Assembly: GCF_009914755.1 (NCBI RefSeq)
Contig: NC_060928.1
DNA: 64,000 nucleotides
Direction: 5' to 3' (one strand)
From: the human T2T-CHM13v2.0 reference genome, Homo sapiens
Both the position numbers and the translations under genes were made by a program. Below the pieces are notes generated by a model. The model saw only the letters and a list, made by a program, of their open reading frames with translations. It had not been told where the DNA came from and did no database searches. The first letter of the stretch is position 1. Each line of letters opens with the position of its first letter. Below, piece by piece: positions 26,827-39,779 of this stretch.

Positions 26827-29800
26827 TCAACTCCCACTTATGAGTGAGAACACGCAGTGTTTGGTTTTCTGTTCCTGTGTTAGTTTGCTGAGAATTATGG
26901 TTTCCAGCTTCACCTATATCCCTGCAAAGGACATGAACTCATTCTTTTTCATGGCTGCATAGTATTCCATGGTGTATATGTACCACATATTCTTTATCCA
27001 GTCTAACATTGATGGGCATTTGGGTTGGTTCCAAGTCTTTGCCATTGTGAATAGTGCTGCAATAAACATATGTGTGCATGTGTCTTCAGAGTAGAATGAT
27101 TTATGATCCTCTGGGTATATACCCAGTAATGGGATTGCTGGGTCAAATGGTATTTCTGGTTCTGTATCCTTCAGGAATCGCCACACTGTCTTCCACAATG
27201 GTTGAACAAATTTACACTCTCACCAACAGGGTAAAAGAGTTCCTATTTCTCCACATCCTCTCCAGCATCTGTTGTTTCCTGACTTTCCTGTAAATGTGTT
27301 TATGTTCTTTGTAGATTCTGGACATTAGCCCTTTGTCAGATGGATAGATTGCAAAAATTTTCTACCATTCTTTAGGTTTCCTGTTTACTCTGATGATAGT
27401 TTTGTTTGTTTGTTTGTTTGTTTGTTTTTGCTATGCAGAAGCTCGTATTTTAATTAGATCCCATTTGTCAATTTTGGCTTTTGTTGCCATTGCTTTTGGT
27501 GTTTTAGTCATGAAGTCTTTGCCGATGCCTATGTCCTGAATGGTATTGCCTAGGTTTTCTTCTAGGGTTTTTATGGTGTTAGGTCTTATATTTAAATCTT
27601 TAATCCATCTTGAGTTGATTTATATAAGGAGTAAGGAAGGAGTCCAGTTTCAGTTTTCTGCATATGGCTACCCAATTTTCCCAACATCATTTTAAAATAG
27701 GGAATCCTTTCCCCATTGCTTGTTTTTGTCAAGTTTGTCAAAGGTCAAATGGTTGTAGATGTGTGGTGTTATTTCTGAGGGCTCTGTTCTGTTCTATTGG
27801 TCTATATATCTGTTTTGGTACCAGTACCATGGTGTTTTGGTTACTGTAGCCTTGTAGTGTAGTTTGAAGTCAGGTAGCATGATGCCTCCAGCTTTGTTCT
27901 TTTGGCTTAGGACTATCTTGGTGATAAGGGCTCTTTTTTTGGTTTCAAATGAAATTTAAAGTAGTTTTTTCTAATTCTATGAAGAAAGTCAATGGTAGCT
28001 TGATGGGAATAGCATTGAATCTATAAATTACTTTGGGCAATATGGCCATTTTCATGATACTGATTCTTCCTATCCACGAGCATGGAATATTTTTCCATTT
28101 TTTTGTGTCCTCTCTTATTTTCTTGAGCAGTGGTTTGTAGTTCTCCTTGAAGAGGTCCTTCACATGCCTTGTAAGTTGTATTCCTAGGTATTTTATTCTC
28201 TTTGTAGCAATTGTGAATGGGAGTTTGCTCATTATTTGCCTATTATTAGTTTATAGGAATGCCTATGATTTTTGCACAGTGATTTTGTGTCCTGAGATTT
28301 TGCTGAAGTTGCTTATCAGCTTAAGGAGATTTTGGGCTGAGACAAGGGGGCTTTCTGAATATACAATCATGTCATCTGCAAACAGAGTCAATTTGATTTC
28401 CTGTCTTCCTATTTGAATACATTTTATTGCTTTCTCTTTCCTGATTGCCGTGAACAGAACTTCCAATACTACGTTGAATAACAGTGGTGAGAGAGGGCAT
28501 TCTTCTCTTGTTCTGGTTTTCAAAGGGAATGCTTCCAGCTTTTACCCATTCAGTATGATATTTGCTGTGGGTTTGTCATAAATAGCTCTTATTATTTTGA
28601 GATATGTTCCATCAATACCTAGTTGAGTGAGTGTTTTTAGCATGAAGAGGTGTTGAATTTTATCGAAGGCCTTTTCTGCATCTATTGCAATACTCATGTG
28701 GTTTTTGTCATTGGTTCTGTTTATGTGATGGATTACCTTTACTGATTTGCATATGTTGAACCAGCCTTGCATCCCAGGGATAAAGCCAAGTTAATCGTGG
28801 TGGATAACTTTTTAATGTGCTGCTGGATTCGGTTTGCCGGTATTTTATTGTGGATTTTCACATTAATGTTCATCAGGGATATTGGTAGAAAATTTCCTTT
28901 TTTGTTTTTGTCTCTGCCAGGTTTTGGTATTAGCATGATGCTGGCCTCATAAAATGAGTTAGGGAGGAGTCCTTCTTTTTCTATTGTTTAGAATAGTTTT
29001 AGAAGGAATGGTAAGAGCTCCTCTTTGTACCTCTGGTAGAATTTAGCTGTGAATCTGTCTGGTCCTGGGCTTCTTTTGATTGATAGGCTATTAATTACTG
29101 CCTCAATTTTAGAGCTTGTTATTGGTCTATTCAGGGATTCGACAACTTCCTGGTTAGTCTTGGGAGGGTGTATGTGTCCACGTATTTATCCATTTCTTCT
29201 AGATTTTCTAGTTTATTTGTGTAGAGGTGTTTATAGTATTCTCTGATGGTAGTTTGTATTTCTGTGGGATCAGTGGTGATCTCCTATCATTTTTTATTGT
29301 GTCTATTTCATTCTTCTCTTCTTTATTAGTCCAGATAGTGATCTATTTTGTTAATCTTTTCAAAAAACCAACTCCTGGATTCATTGACTTTTTGAAGGGT
29401 TTTTTGTGTCTCTATCTCCTTCAGTTCTGCTCTGATCTTAGTTATTTCTTGTCTTCTGCTAGCTTTTGAATTTGTTTGCTCTTGCTTCTCTAGTTCTTTT
29501 AATTGTGATGTTAGGGTGTCAATTTTAGATCTTTCCTGCTTTCTCCTCTGGGCATGTAGTGCTATAAATTTCCCTCTAAACACTGCTTTAGCTGTGTCCC
29601 AGAGATTCTGGTACATTGTGTCTTTGTTCTCATTGGTTTCAAAGAGCTTATTTATTTCTGCCTTAATTTCACTATTTACCCAGTAGTCATTCAGGAGCAG
29701 GTTGTTCAGTTTCCATGTAGTTGTGCAGTTTTGAGTGAGTTTCTTAACCCTGAGTTCTAATTTGATTGCACTGTGGTCTGAGAGGCTGTTTGTTATGATT

Positions 29801-30376
29801 TTCATTCTTTTGCATTTGCTGAAGAGTGTTTTACTTCCAATTATGTGATCAATTTTAGGATAAATGTGATGTGGTGTTGAGAAGAATGTATATTCTGTTG
29901 ATCTGGGGTGAAGAGTTCTGGAGATGTCTACTAGGTCCACTTGGTCCAGAGCTGAGTTCAAGTCCTGAATATCCTTGTTAATTTTCTGTCTCATTGATTT
30001 ACCTAATATTGACAGTGGGGATGTTAAAGTCTCCCACTATTATTGGGTGGGAGTCTAAGTCTCTTTCTAGGTCTCTAAGAACTTGCTTTATGAATCTGGG
30101 TGGTCCTGTATTGGGTGCATGTATATTTAGGATAGTTATCTCTTCTTGTTGCATTGATCCCTTTACCATTATGATTACATTTGCTTGGTAAATATTCCTC
30201 CATCCCTTTATTTTGAGACTATGTGTGTCTTTGCACATGAGATGCGTCTCCTGAATATAGCACACTGATGGGTCTTGATGCTTTATCCACTTTGCCAGTC
30301 TGTGCCTTTTAATTGGGGCATTTCACCCATTTACATTTAAGGTTAATATTGTTATGTGTGAATTTTATCCTGTCAT
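26827..30376 (-). pseudogene. Disrupted L1 ORF2p (endonuclease/reverse transcriptase)
   Basis: ATGACAGG start at 30376; fragments with [38 protein letters not shown]; frameshifts and internal deletions near 30170 and 27287. Confidence 0.92.
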
Positions 30377-30439
30377 TATGATGCTAGGTGGTTATTTTGC
30401 CCATTAGTTGATGCAGTTTCTTCATAGTTTTGATGATTT

Positions 30440-31462
30440 TTACATTTTGGTTTGTTTTGCAGTGGCTGGTACCAATTTCTTCTTTCCATATTTAGTGCTT
30501 CCTTCAGGAGCCCTTGTAAGGCAGGCCTGATGGTGACAAAATCCCTCAGCATGTGCTTGTCTGTAAAGGATTTTATTTCTCCTTCACTCATGGAGCTTAG
30601 TTTGGCTGGATATGAAATTCTGGGTTGAAAATTTTTTTCTTTAAGAATGTTGAATATTGGCCCCCAGTCTCTTCTGGCTTGTAGGGTTTCTGCAGAGAGG
30701 TCCACTGTTAGTCTAATGGGCTTCCCTTTGTGGGTAACCTGACATTTCTCTCTGGCTGCCCTTAACATTTTTTCCTTCATTTCAACCTTGGTGAATCTGA
30801 CAATTATGTGTCTTGGGGTTGCTCTTCTCAACAAGTATCTTTGTGGTGTTCTCTGTATTTTCTGAATTTGAATGTTGGCCTGTCTTGCTAGGTTGGGTAA
30901 GTATTCCTGGATAATATCCTGAAGTATGCTTTCCTACTTGGTTCCATTCTCCCTGTCACTTTCAGGAACACCAATCAAATGTAGGTTTGGTCTTTTCACA
31001 TAGTCTCATATTTCTAGGAGGCTTCGTTCATTCCTTTTTAGTTATTTTTTCTCTAATCTTGTCTTCATGCTTTAATTCATTAAGTTGATCTTCAATCTCT
31101 GATATCCTTTCTTCCACTCGATCAATTCGGCTGTTGATACTTGTGTATACTTTACGAAGTTCTTGTGCTGTGTTTTTCAGCTCCATCAGGTCATTTATGT
31201 TCTTCTCTAAACTAGATATTCTGGTTAGCAATCCCTCTAACCTTTTATCAAGTTTCTTAGCTTCTTTGCATTGGGTTAGAACATTCTCCTTTAGCTCAAA
31301 GGAGCTTGTTACTACCCACCTGCTGAAGCCTACTTCTATCAATTAATCAAACTCATTCTCTGCCCAACTTTTTTCCCTTGCTGGTGAGGATTTGTGATCC
31401 TTTGGAGAAGAGGCATTCTGGTTTTTGGAATATTCTGCCTTTTTGCGCTGGTATTTCCTCAT
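30440..31462 (-). pseudogene. Disrupted L1 ORF1p
   Basis: RATPRHIIVRFTKVEMKEKMLRAAREK and coiled-coil fragments (31028-31342); frameshifted. Confidence 0.92.
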
Positions 31463-32855
31463 CTTCTTGGATTTATCTACCTTTGGCTGTTGCTGTTGGT
31501 GACCTTTGGATGGAGTTTTTGCATGGTCGTATTTTTATTGATGTTGATGCTATTGCTTAATGTTTGTTACTTTTCCTTCTAACAGGCCCCTCTTCTGCAG
31601 GTCTGCTGGAGTTTGCTAGGGGTCCACTACAGACCCTGTTTGCCTGGGTATCACCAGCAGAGGCTGCAGAACAACAAAGATTGCTGCCTGCTCCTTCCTC
31701 TGGAAGCTTCATCCCAGAGGGGCACTTGCCAGATGCCAGCCAGAGCTCTCTTGCATGAGGTATCTGTCACCCCAGCTGGGAGTTGTCTCCCAGTCAGGAG
31801 GCATGGGGGTCAGGGACCCACTTGAGGAGTCAGTCTGTCCCTTTGCAGAGCTCAAGTGCTGTGCTGGGAGATCCGCTGTCCTATTCAGAGCTGGCAGGCA
31901 GGAACAATTAAGTCTGCTGAAGCTGCGCCCACAGCCACCTGCTCCCCCAGGTGCTCTGTCAAAGGGAGATGGGAATTTTATCTGTAAGCCCCATACTGGG
32001 GCTGCTGCCTTACTTTCAGAGATGCCCTGCAAGAGAGGAGGAATCTAGAGAGGCAGTCCAGCTACAGTGTCTTTGCGGTGCTGTTGTGGGCTCCGCCCAG
32101 TCTGAGCTTCCTGGTGGCTTTGTTTACACTGTGAGGGGAAAACTGCCTACTCAAGCCCCAGTAATGGTGGATGACCCTCCCCGCACCAAGTGTCCCAGGT
32201 CGACTTCAGACTGCTGTGCTGGCAGTGAGAATTTCAAGCCAGTGGATCTTAGCTTGCTGGGCTCTGTAGGGGTGGGATCTGCTGAGCAAGACCACTTGGC
32301 TCCCTGGCTTCAGCCCCCTTTCCAGGAGGAGTGAATGGTTCTTTCTTGCTGGCATTCCAGGTGTCACTGGGGTATAAAAAAAACTCCTGCAGCTAGCTCA
32401 GTGTCTGCCCAAATGACTGCCCAGTTTTGTGCTTGAAATCCAGGGCCCTTGTGGTGTGACCATGGGAAAAGCATAGTATCTGGGCTGGATAGCACTGTCC
32501 CTCATGCCACAGTCTCTCATGACTTCCCTTGGCTAGGGGAGAGAGTTCCCTGACCCCTTGCACATCCCAAGTGAGGTGACATCCCACCCTGATTCTGCTC
32601 ACCCTTCAATGACTGCACCCACTGTCTAACCAGTCCCAATGAGATGAGCTGGGTACCTCAGTTGGAAATCCAGAATCACCTGCTTTCTGCATTGGTCTCA
32701 CTGTGATCTGCAGACCGGAGGTGTTTCTATTTGGCCATCTTGCCTGGGAATACAACAACAACTTTTCAAGACACAGAGAGTACAATAAGATATAAATATA
32801 TAAACATAAACAACACAAAGTTCAAAAAAATGGGGAGGTGAAGTTAAGGCATAGA

Positions 32856-33077
32856 TTGGGGTAATCCATCTTTTGAGTTCCCTGGGCCACATTCGAAGAA
32901 ATTTGTGTATTGGGTCATACATAAAAATGCATTAACACTAACAATAGCTGATAAGAAAAAAAAAATCACAAAAAAAACCTCATATCATGTTAAGAAAGTT
33001 TACAAATTTGTGTTGGGCCACATTCAAAGCCATCCTGGGCCACATGCAACCTGCAGGCCACAGGTTGGACAAGCTTG
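32856..33077 (+). mobile_element. MER30 hAT-Charlie element inserted in L1MA
   Basis: TCCCTGGGCCACATT...GGGCCACATTCAAAGCCATCCTGGGCCACATG...GGTTGGACAAGCTTG; imperfect 8-bp TSD GGCATAGA/GGTGTAGA. Confidence 0.85.
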
Positions 33078-36000
33078 GTGTAGAATTTTTATTAGTTTTT
33101 TTTTTTTTTTTTTTGCTCGTTTGCTTATTTATGCAAACAGTGTTAAGTTGTTATCAGCTTAAAATGATGGGTTATAATACAGTATTTTCAAGAATCATGA
33201 TAATTTCTAACCAAAAAATCATGCAATGGATACACAAAAAATAAAAAGAAAGAAACTAAATCATATCACCAGAGAAAACCATCTTCATTTAAAGAAAGAC
33301 AGGAAAGAAAAAAAGAAGGAAGAGAAGGTCACAAAAGAACCAGAAAACAAATAGCAAAATAGGAAAAGTAAGTCTTTACTTATTAGTAATCACATTGAAT
33401 GTAAACAGACTAAATTCTCCAATCAAAAGACATAAGGTGGCTGTATGGATAAAAAACAAGGTCCATTGATTTGTTGCCTACAAGAAACACACTTCACCTA
33501 TAAAGACACATGTAGACTGAACATAAAGGGATGGGTAAATATAGTCCATGCTGATGGAAACCAAAAAAGAGCAGAAGTCACTATACTTATATTAGAAAAA
33601 TGAGATTTTGAGACAAAAACTATAAGAAGAGGCAAACATGTTCACTATAATAATGATAAAGGGGTCAATCAGCAAGACAATATAACGATCGTAAATGTAT
33701 ATGCACCCAACACTAGAGCACTCAGATATATAAAGGAAATATTATATAACTAGGAGAAAGAGATAGACTACAATACAATAATAGCTGGAGAGTTCAACAC
33801 CTGACTTTCAGCATCAGACAGGTCTTCTAGAGAGAAAATCAACAAAGAAACATCAGACTTCATCTGAACTATAGACCAAATGGATCTAATAAATATTTAC
33901 AGAATATTTTATCCAATGGCTGCAGAATACACATTTTTTTCCTCAGCACATGGGTCATTTCCAAGAATAGACCATATGTTAGGTAACAAAACACATCTTA
34001 AAACATTCAAAAAAATTGAAATAATATCAAGGATCATCTCTGACCACAATGGAATAAAACTAGAAATCAATAAAAGGATGAATCTTGGAAACTATACAAA
34101 TACATGGAAATTGAACAATATGCTCCTGAATGACCAGTGGGTCAATGAAGAAAGTAAGAAGGAAATTGAAAAACTTCTTGAAACAAGTGATAATGGAAAC
34201 ACAACATGCCAAAACCTATGGGATACAGCAAAATCAGTACTAAAAGGGAATTTTACAGCTATAAGTGCCTACATCAAAAAAGAAGAAAAACTTCAAATAA
34301 ACAATCTAATGATGCATCTTAAAGTACTAGAAAATCAAGAGCAAACCCAACCCCAAATTAGAAGAAAAGAAATAATAAAGATCAGAGCAGAAATAAATAA
34401 AATGGAAATAAAGAAAACAATACAAAAGATCAATAAAACAAAAAGTTCGTTTTTGAAAAGTTAAACAAAATTGACAAACCATTATTCAGACCAACTAAGA
34501 AAAAAGAGAGAAGATCCAAATAAATAAAATCAGAGATGAAAAAGGAGACATTACAATACATACTACAGAAATTCAAAGTATCTTTAATGGCTACTATGAG
34601 CAACTATATACCAATAAATTGGAAAATCTAGAAGAAGTGAATAAATTTCTAAACACATACAATCAAGATTCAGTCAGGAAGAAATCCAAAATCTGAGCAG
34701 ACCCATAACAAGTAACAAGCTCGAAGCCATAATAAAAAGTCTTCCAGTAAAGAAAAGTCAAGGACCTAATGGCTTTGCTGCTGAATTCTACCAAACATTT
34801 AAAGAAGAACTAATACAATCCTACTTAAACTATTCTAAAAAATAGAGGAGGATGGAATACTTCCAAACTTATTCTATGAGACCAGTATTACCCTGATACC
34901 AAAACCAGGCAAAGCCATATAAAAAAAAAATTAAAGACCAATATTTCTGATGAATGTTGATGCAAAAATCCTCAACAAAATACTAGCAAACCAAATTCAA
35001 CAACATATTAAAAATATAATTCATCACGACCAAGTGGGATTTATCCCTGGGATGCAAGGATGATTCAACATATGCAAATCATTCAATATGATACATCATA
35101 TCAACATAATGGAGGATAAAACCATAGGATCATTTCAATTGATGCTGAAAAGTCATTTGATAAAATTCAACATTCTTTATGATAAAAACCCTGAAAAAAC
35201 AGGATATAGAAGGAATATACCTCAACATAATAAAAGCAATATACAACAGACCCACAGATAGTATTATACTGAATGAAGAAAAACTGAAAGTCTTTCCTCT
35301 AAGATCTGGAACACAACAAGGATGTCCACTTTCATCACTGTTATTCAACATAGTGCTGGAGGTTCTAGCTAGAGCAATCAGACAAGAGAAAGAAATAATG
35401 GGCATCCAAATTGGAAAGGAAGAAGACAAGTTATTCTTGTTTGCAGATTATATAATCTTTTATTTGCAAAAACCTAAAGACTCTACAAAAAACTATTAGA
35501 ACTCATACATAAAGTCAGTAAAGTTGCAGGAAACAAAGTCAACATACAAAAATCATTAGCATTTCCATATGCCAACAGTGAACAACATGAACAAGAAATT
35601 AAAAAGTAATTCCATTTGCAATAGCCACAAATAGAATTAAATACCTAGGAATTGACTTAACCAAAGAAGTGAAAGATATTTATAATGAAAACTATAAAAC
35701 ACTGTTGAAAAAAATTGAAGAGGAAACCAAAAAATTGCAAGATAGTCTACGTTTCATGGATTGGAAGAATCAATATTTTTTAAATGTTCATGCTACACAG
35801 AGCAATTTACAGATTCAAGGCAATCTCTATGAAAATACCAATGACATTCTTCACAGAAATAGAAAAAAACTATCTTAAAATTTATATGGAACCACAAAAG
35901 ACCCAAAATAGCCAAAGAACTATCTTAAGCAAAAAGAATAAAACTGGAGGAATCACATTACCTGATTTCAAATTATACTACAGAGCTATAGTAAACAAAA

Positions 36001-37604
36001 CTGCACGGTACTAGCAAAAAAATACACATAGACCAATGGAACAGAGTAGAGAACCCAGAAACAAATCCACATAACTACAGTGAATTCATTTTTGACAAAG
36101 GCACCACAACATACACTGGGGAAAAGATAGTCTCTTCAATAAATGGTGCTGGTAAAACTGGATATCCATATGTAGACAAATGAAACTAGACCACTATCTC
36201 TCACCATATACAAAAATCAAATCAAAATTATTACAGATTTAAATCTAAGACTTCAAACTATGAAACTACTACAAGAAAACGTTGGGGAAACTCTCCAGGA
36301 CATTGATCTGGGCAAAAAATTCTTGAGTAATACCCCACAAGCACAGGCAACCAAAGCAAAAATGGAAAAATGGGATCACATCAAGTGAAAAAACTACACA
36401 GCAAAGGAAACAAATAAGCAAAGTGAATAGACAACCCGCAGAATGGGAGAAAATATTTTCAACCTACCAATCTAAAGAGGAATAAAAAGCCAGAATATAT
36501 AAGGGGCTCAAACAACTCTATAGGGGAAAAAAATCTAAGAATCTGATTTTTTAAATGGGCAAACTATTTGAATAGACATTTCTCAAAAGAAGACATACAA
36601 ATGGCAAACAGGCATATGAAAGGTCCTCAACATCATTGACCATCAGAGAAATGCACATCAAAACTACAATGAGACATCATCTCACCCCAGTTAAAATGGC
36701 TTATATTCAAAAGACAGGCAATAACCAGTGCTGGAAAGGATGTGGAGAAAAGGGAACCCTGAAACACTATTGGTGGAAATATAAATTAGTACAGCCACTA
36801 TGGAGAACAGTTTGGAGTTTCCTCAAATAACGAAACATAGAGCTACCATATGATCCAGCAATCTCACTTCTGGATAGACACCCAAAAGAAAGAAAAGTCC
36901 TGGGCTCTTTTCCAGTATATCAAAGAGATATCTTCACTCTCATGTTTACTGCAGCACTGTTCACAATAGCCAAGATTTGGAAGTTACCTATGTGTTCATC
37001 AATAGATGAACCTATAAAGAAAATGTGGTACTTATACACAGTGGAGTACTATTCAGCCATAAAAAAAGAATGAGATCCTGTCATTTGCAATAACATGATG
37101 GAACTGGAGATTATTATGTTAGGTGAAATAAGCCAGACACAGAAGGACAATTATAACATGTTCTCACTTATTTGTGGGATCTAAAAATCAAAACAGTTGA
37201 ATGCATTAACATCGAGAGCAAAAGGATGGTTACCAGAGGCTGAGAAGGGTAGTAGTGGGGTAGGGGGAGAAGTGGAGATGGTTAATGGATACAAATAAAA
37301 ATAGAAAGAATGAATAAGACCTACTATTCGATAGCACAACAGGGTAACTATAGTCAATAATAATTTGATTGTACATTTTCAAATAACTAAACGAGTATAA
37401 TTGGATTGTTTGTAACACAAAGGATAAATGCTTGAAAGGGTGGATACTCCAATTCTCCATGATGTAATTACTGTGTATTTCATGCCTATATCAAAACATC
37501 TCAAGTACTCCACGAATATATACACTTACTATGTACCCCCCAAAATTAAACATTTAAATATTTAAAAAATACAAATATAAAATGGAAGATAAGCAGAATT
37601 ATAA

Positions 37605-37780
37605 AATGTTAGAACTGGATGGAATTTTAAAGATCATATAACCCATTTACCAAATTTCCACAATGAAGAAATTTAAGCTTTAATAGCTGAATAATTGGCT
37701 CCAGGTTTGATTCCAAGTAAAGGAGCTTAGGTAAGTCCTCAATTTCTCTGCATTCTAAGTCCTGTGCTCTTTTCCAAATA
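37605..37780 (-). mobile_element. MIR fragment
   Basis: TTAGAACTGGATGGAATTTTAAAGATCAT...CAATGAAGAAATT...CCTGTGCTCTTTCC. Confidence 0.55.
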
Positions 37781-38657
37781 TACTATTAATAGAACTTCTG
37801 ATTGTGTGTAGATTATGTATATGTCAATCCAATCAGATTTCTCATTTACCAGATTTTATTTATTTAATAAAACTAGCATAATTATCTGAATATATATAAC
37901 TCCTCATTGAATAGAATTATAGGTTAATATAATTTTCTATTTATATTAACAAGTATCTACCTGCATAACTATGAAAATTATAGCTTATTCATCAGCCTAA
38001 GATCTAAAAAAAAATTATCTCTGGAAGACTGTGAGTTTTTATGTTTCTTAATCTAATTTCAAAATTAAAATCACTCAATGAATTTTGCAACTGGAATTAA
38101 AATTCACCATACAATTATTTAATTGAAATCATGTCATAAAATTTCTTATTTGAGTGACACTTATGACATGTAAATTATCTGCCTGAGTTACTCAGTTTTT
38201 CTTCATACAACAATTTTTTGCATGTTTTGCTAATAGTTCTGATAGCCATATGGAATGCCTAAAAAATTGCTGCAGGGTATAACAAGGAGAGCATCTGTAG
38301 TTTGGTGATATAAAACACGCCTAGTGATTTGGCTTCTTATTCAGTAAAGTTTTATAGTAACAAAGATTATTTTCTTTTGAATAATTTTTGTAACCTGATA
38401 ACATTTAGTTTTGTGACATAGGTAGTTAAATAAAACAACAAGTTATCTTCACAGTTGTAATTACTGTATCTTCAACTGGGGGAAGATTTAATTACTCTTC
38501 ACCAGCCTAAAATTACACCATTTTGATTAAAGAAATATACTGCTATTTCATAATATACTGTTAAAATGAAGACACACATTCACATGGGTTTAGATTAAAA
38601 TTATTTATTTAGATGAGAAGATAAGCATTTTAGACATTCAAAGATCATCTTTCTTAC

Positions 38658-38720
38658 CAGCAAATCAGCCATAGAAAAATCATCCCAATTGTCCCACATG
38701 CCACAAAATTTAACAAATAT
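38658..38720 (-). ncRNA. Candidate 63-nt exon (open in phase 0: IFVKFCGMWDNWDDFSMADLL)
   Basis: Strong donor CTG|gtaaga; weak acceptor ttcagtgtag|. Confidence 0.3.
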
Positions 38721-39110
38721 CTACACTGAACTCTATTATCGAGTATAAATTACCTTCTTATAGTGCATTCCAAGGTACAACTATCTACTGAGGTTTCTGA
38801 GGACTCTTAATTATATTTTGACTTATCTATATGTTGTATCATTTACATACAAAATTATATTTTGATAGAACATTACTTGTTTATTATTTATGAGGTTTTG
38901 CTACAGATTCTTTATACTTTGCTTAAATACAAGATTGAGCCTCTTAAATATAAACTTGGGATACATCTAAGCATTTAAAAAAATAGCCACCTGGAAATTA
39001 GGCTTCTCCCAAGCTTCTTTCACAGAAATAGCAGTCTCTTTCATGCTTCTTTGAGTGTACTGATTTTCTGTAACCAAAATTATATTCATTCCCAGTTACT
39101 AGTCCTTTAC

Positions 39111-39154
39111 CTCATGGTCTTGGGATACCTGGCATAGGTTTAGTTCCCCATAGA
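39111..39154 (-). ncRNA. Candidate 44-nt exon
   Basis: Acceptor ctgatgctttttgaccctag| and donor GAG|gtaaag. Confidence 0.3.
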
Positions 39155-39779
39155 CTAGGGTCAAAAAGCATCAGTGGCTTGATACCCCTGGAAATTCAGC
39201 CTAAGGTCCTGTCATTACAGAATTTTCTTAACCTGCTTTGTGGCAGCAGTCTAATCATTCATGATCCCTTTTCATACATACGTTTTTAACAGATGGATCC
39301 TCAAGCTTCTAATCTCTAAGGGATGAACTAAGGCATGTAGAGTCAGGTACTGTTCACTGTTACAGTGTATTATTATAATATCTTTATTGGACTAGCTAAA
39401 TGATTTCATCCGCAAGCTTATGGGATTTATACTAAATTGATGAGGATGTTTGTATATCATACACACATATTCTTTCTTTCAAAAAGCACCACAAACATAT
39501 TTAAGGTATAAATTAGATTATATTAGTTGTCATTCTCTTCATTGAACATAAGTATGTAAGCCTATAATTGAAAAGGATTTCATTACAACAGTACAACAGT
39601 CTTGCACATTTTAATTACAGAAAAATATTTGTGTGCCTTTAGCATTTCTAGTATTCCTAGGACCATTCATACGGAAAATAAAGTAGTAGGGATAAAATAG
39701 AATTTGCCAAGAGAAGAAACTGAAATTTATACATCCAAGGTATATTTTTTCATGAGTCAGAGTATATTTTTGCTCTTAA

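Larger units (their letters stand above)
26615..32750 (-). mobile_element. Full-length L1PA7/8-like LINE-1
   Basis: 5' end CAAGATGGCCAAATAGAAACACCTCCGGTCTGCAG, 5'UTR, ORF1, ORF2, 3'UTR; TSD ACAACAACTTTT at ~26604 and ~32755. Confidence 0.95.
24845..37570 (+). mobile_element. Near-full-length L1MA-type (L1MA2/3-like) LINE-1, split by L1PA and MER30 insertions
   Basis: 5'UTR/ORF1 at 24845-26610; resumes at ~32755; ORF2 remnants (33880-34464 EN domain, 35179-35499 RT); L1MA-type 3'UTR to ~37570. Confidence 0.88.
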
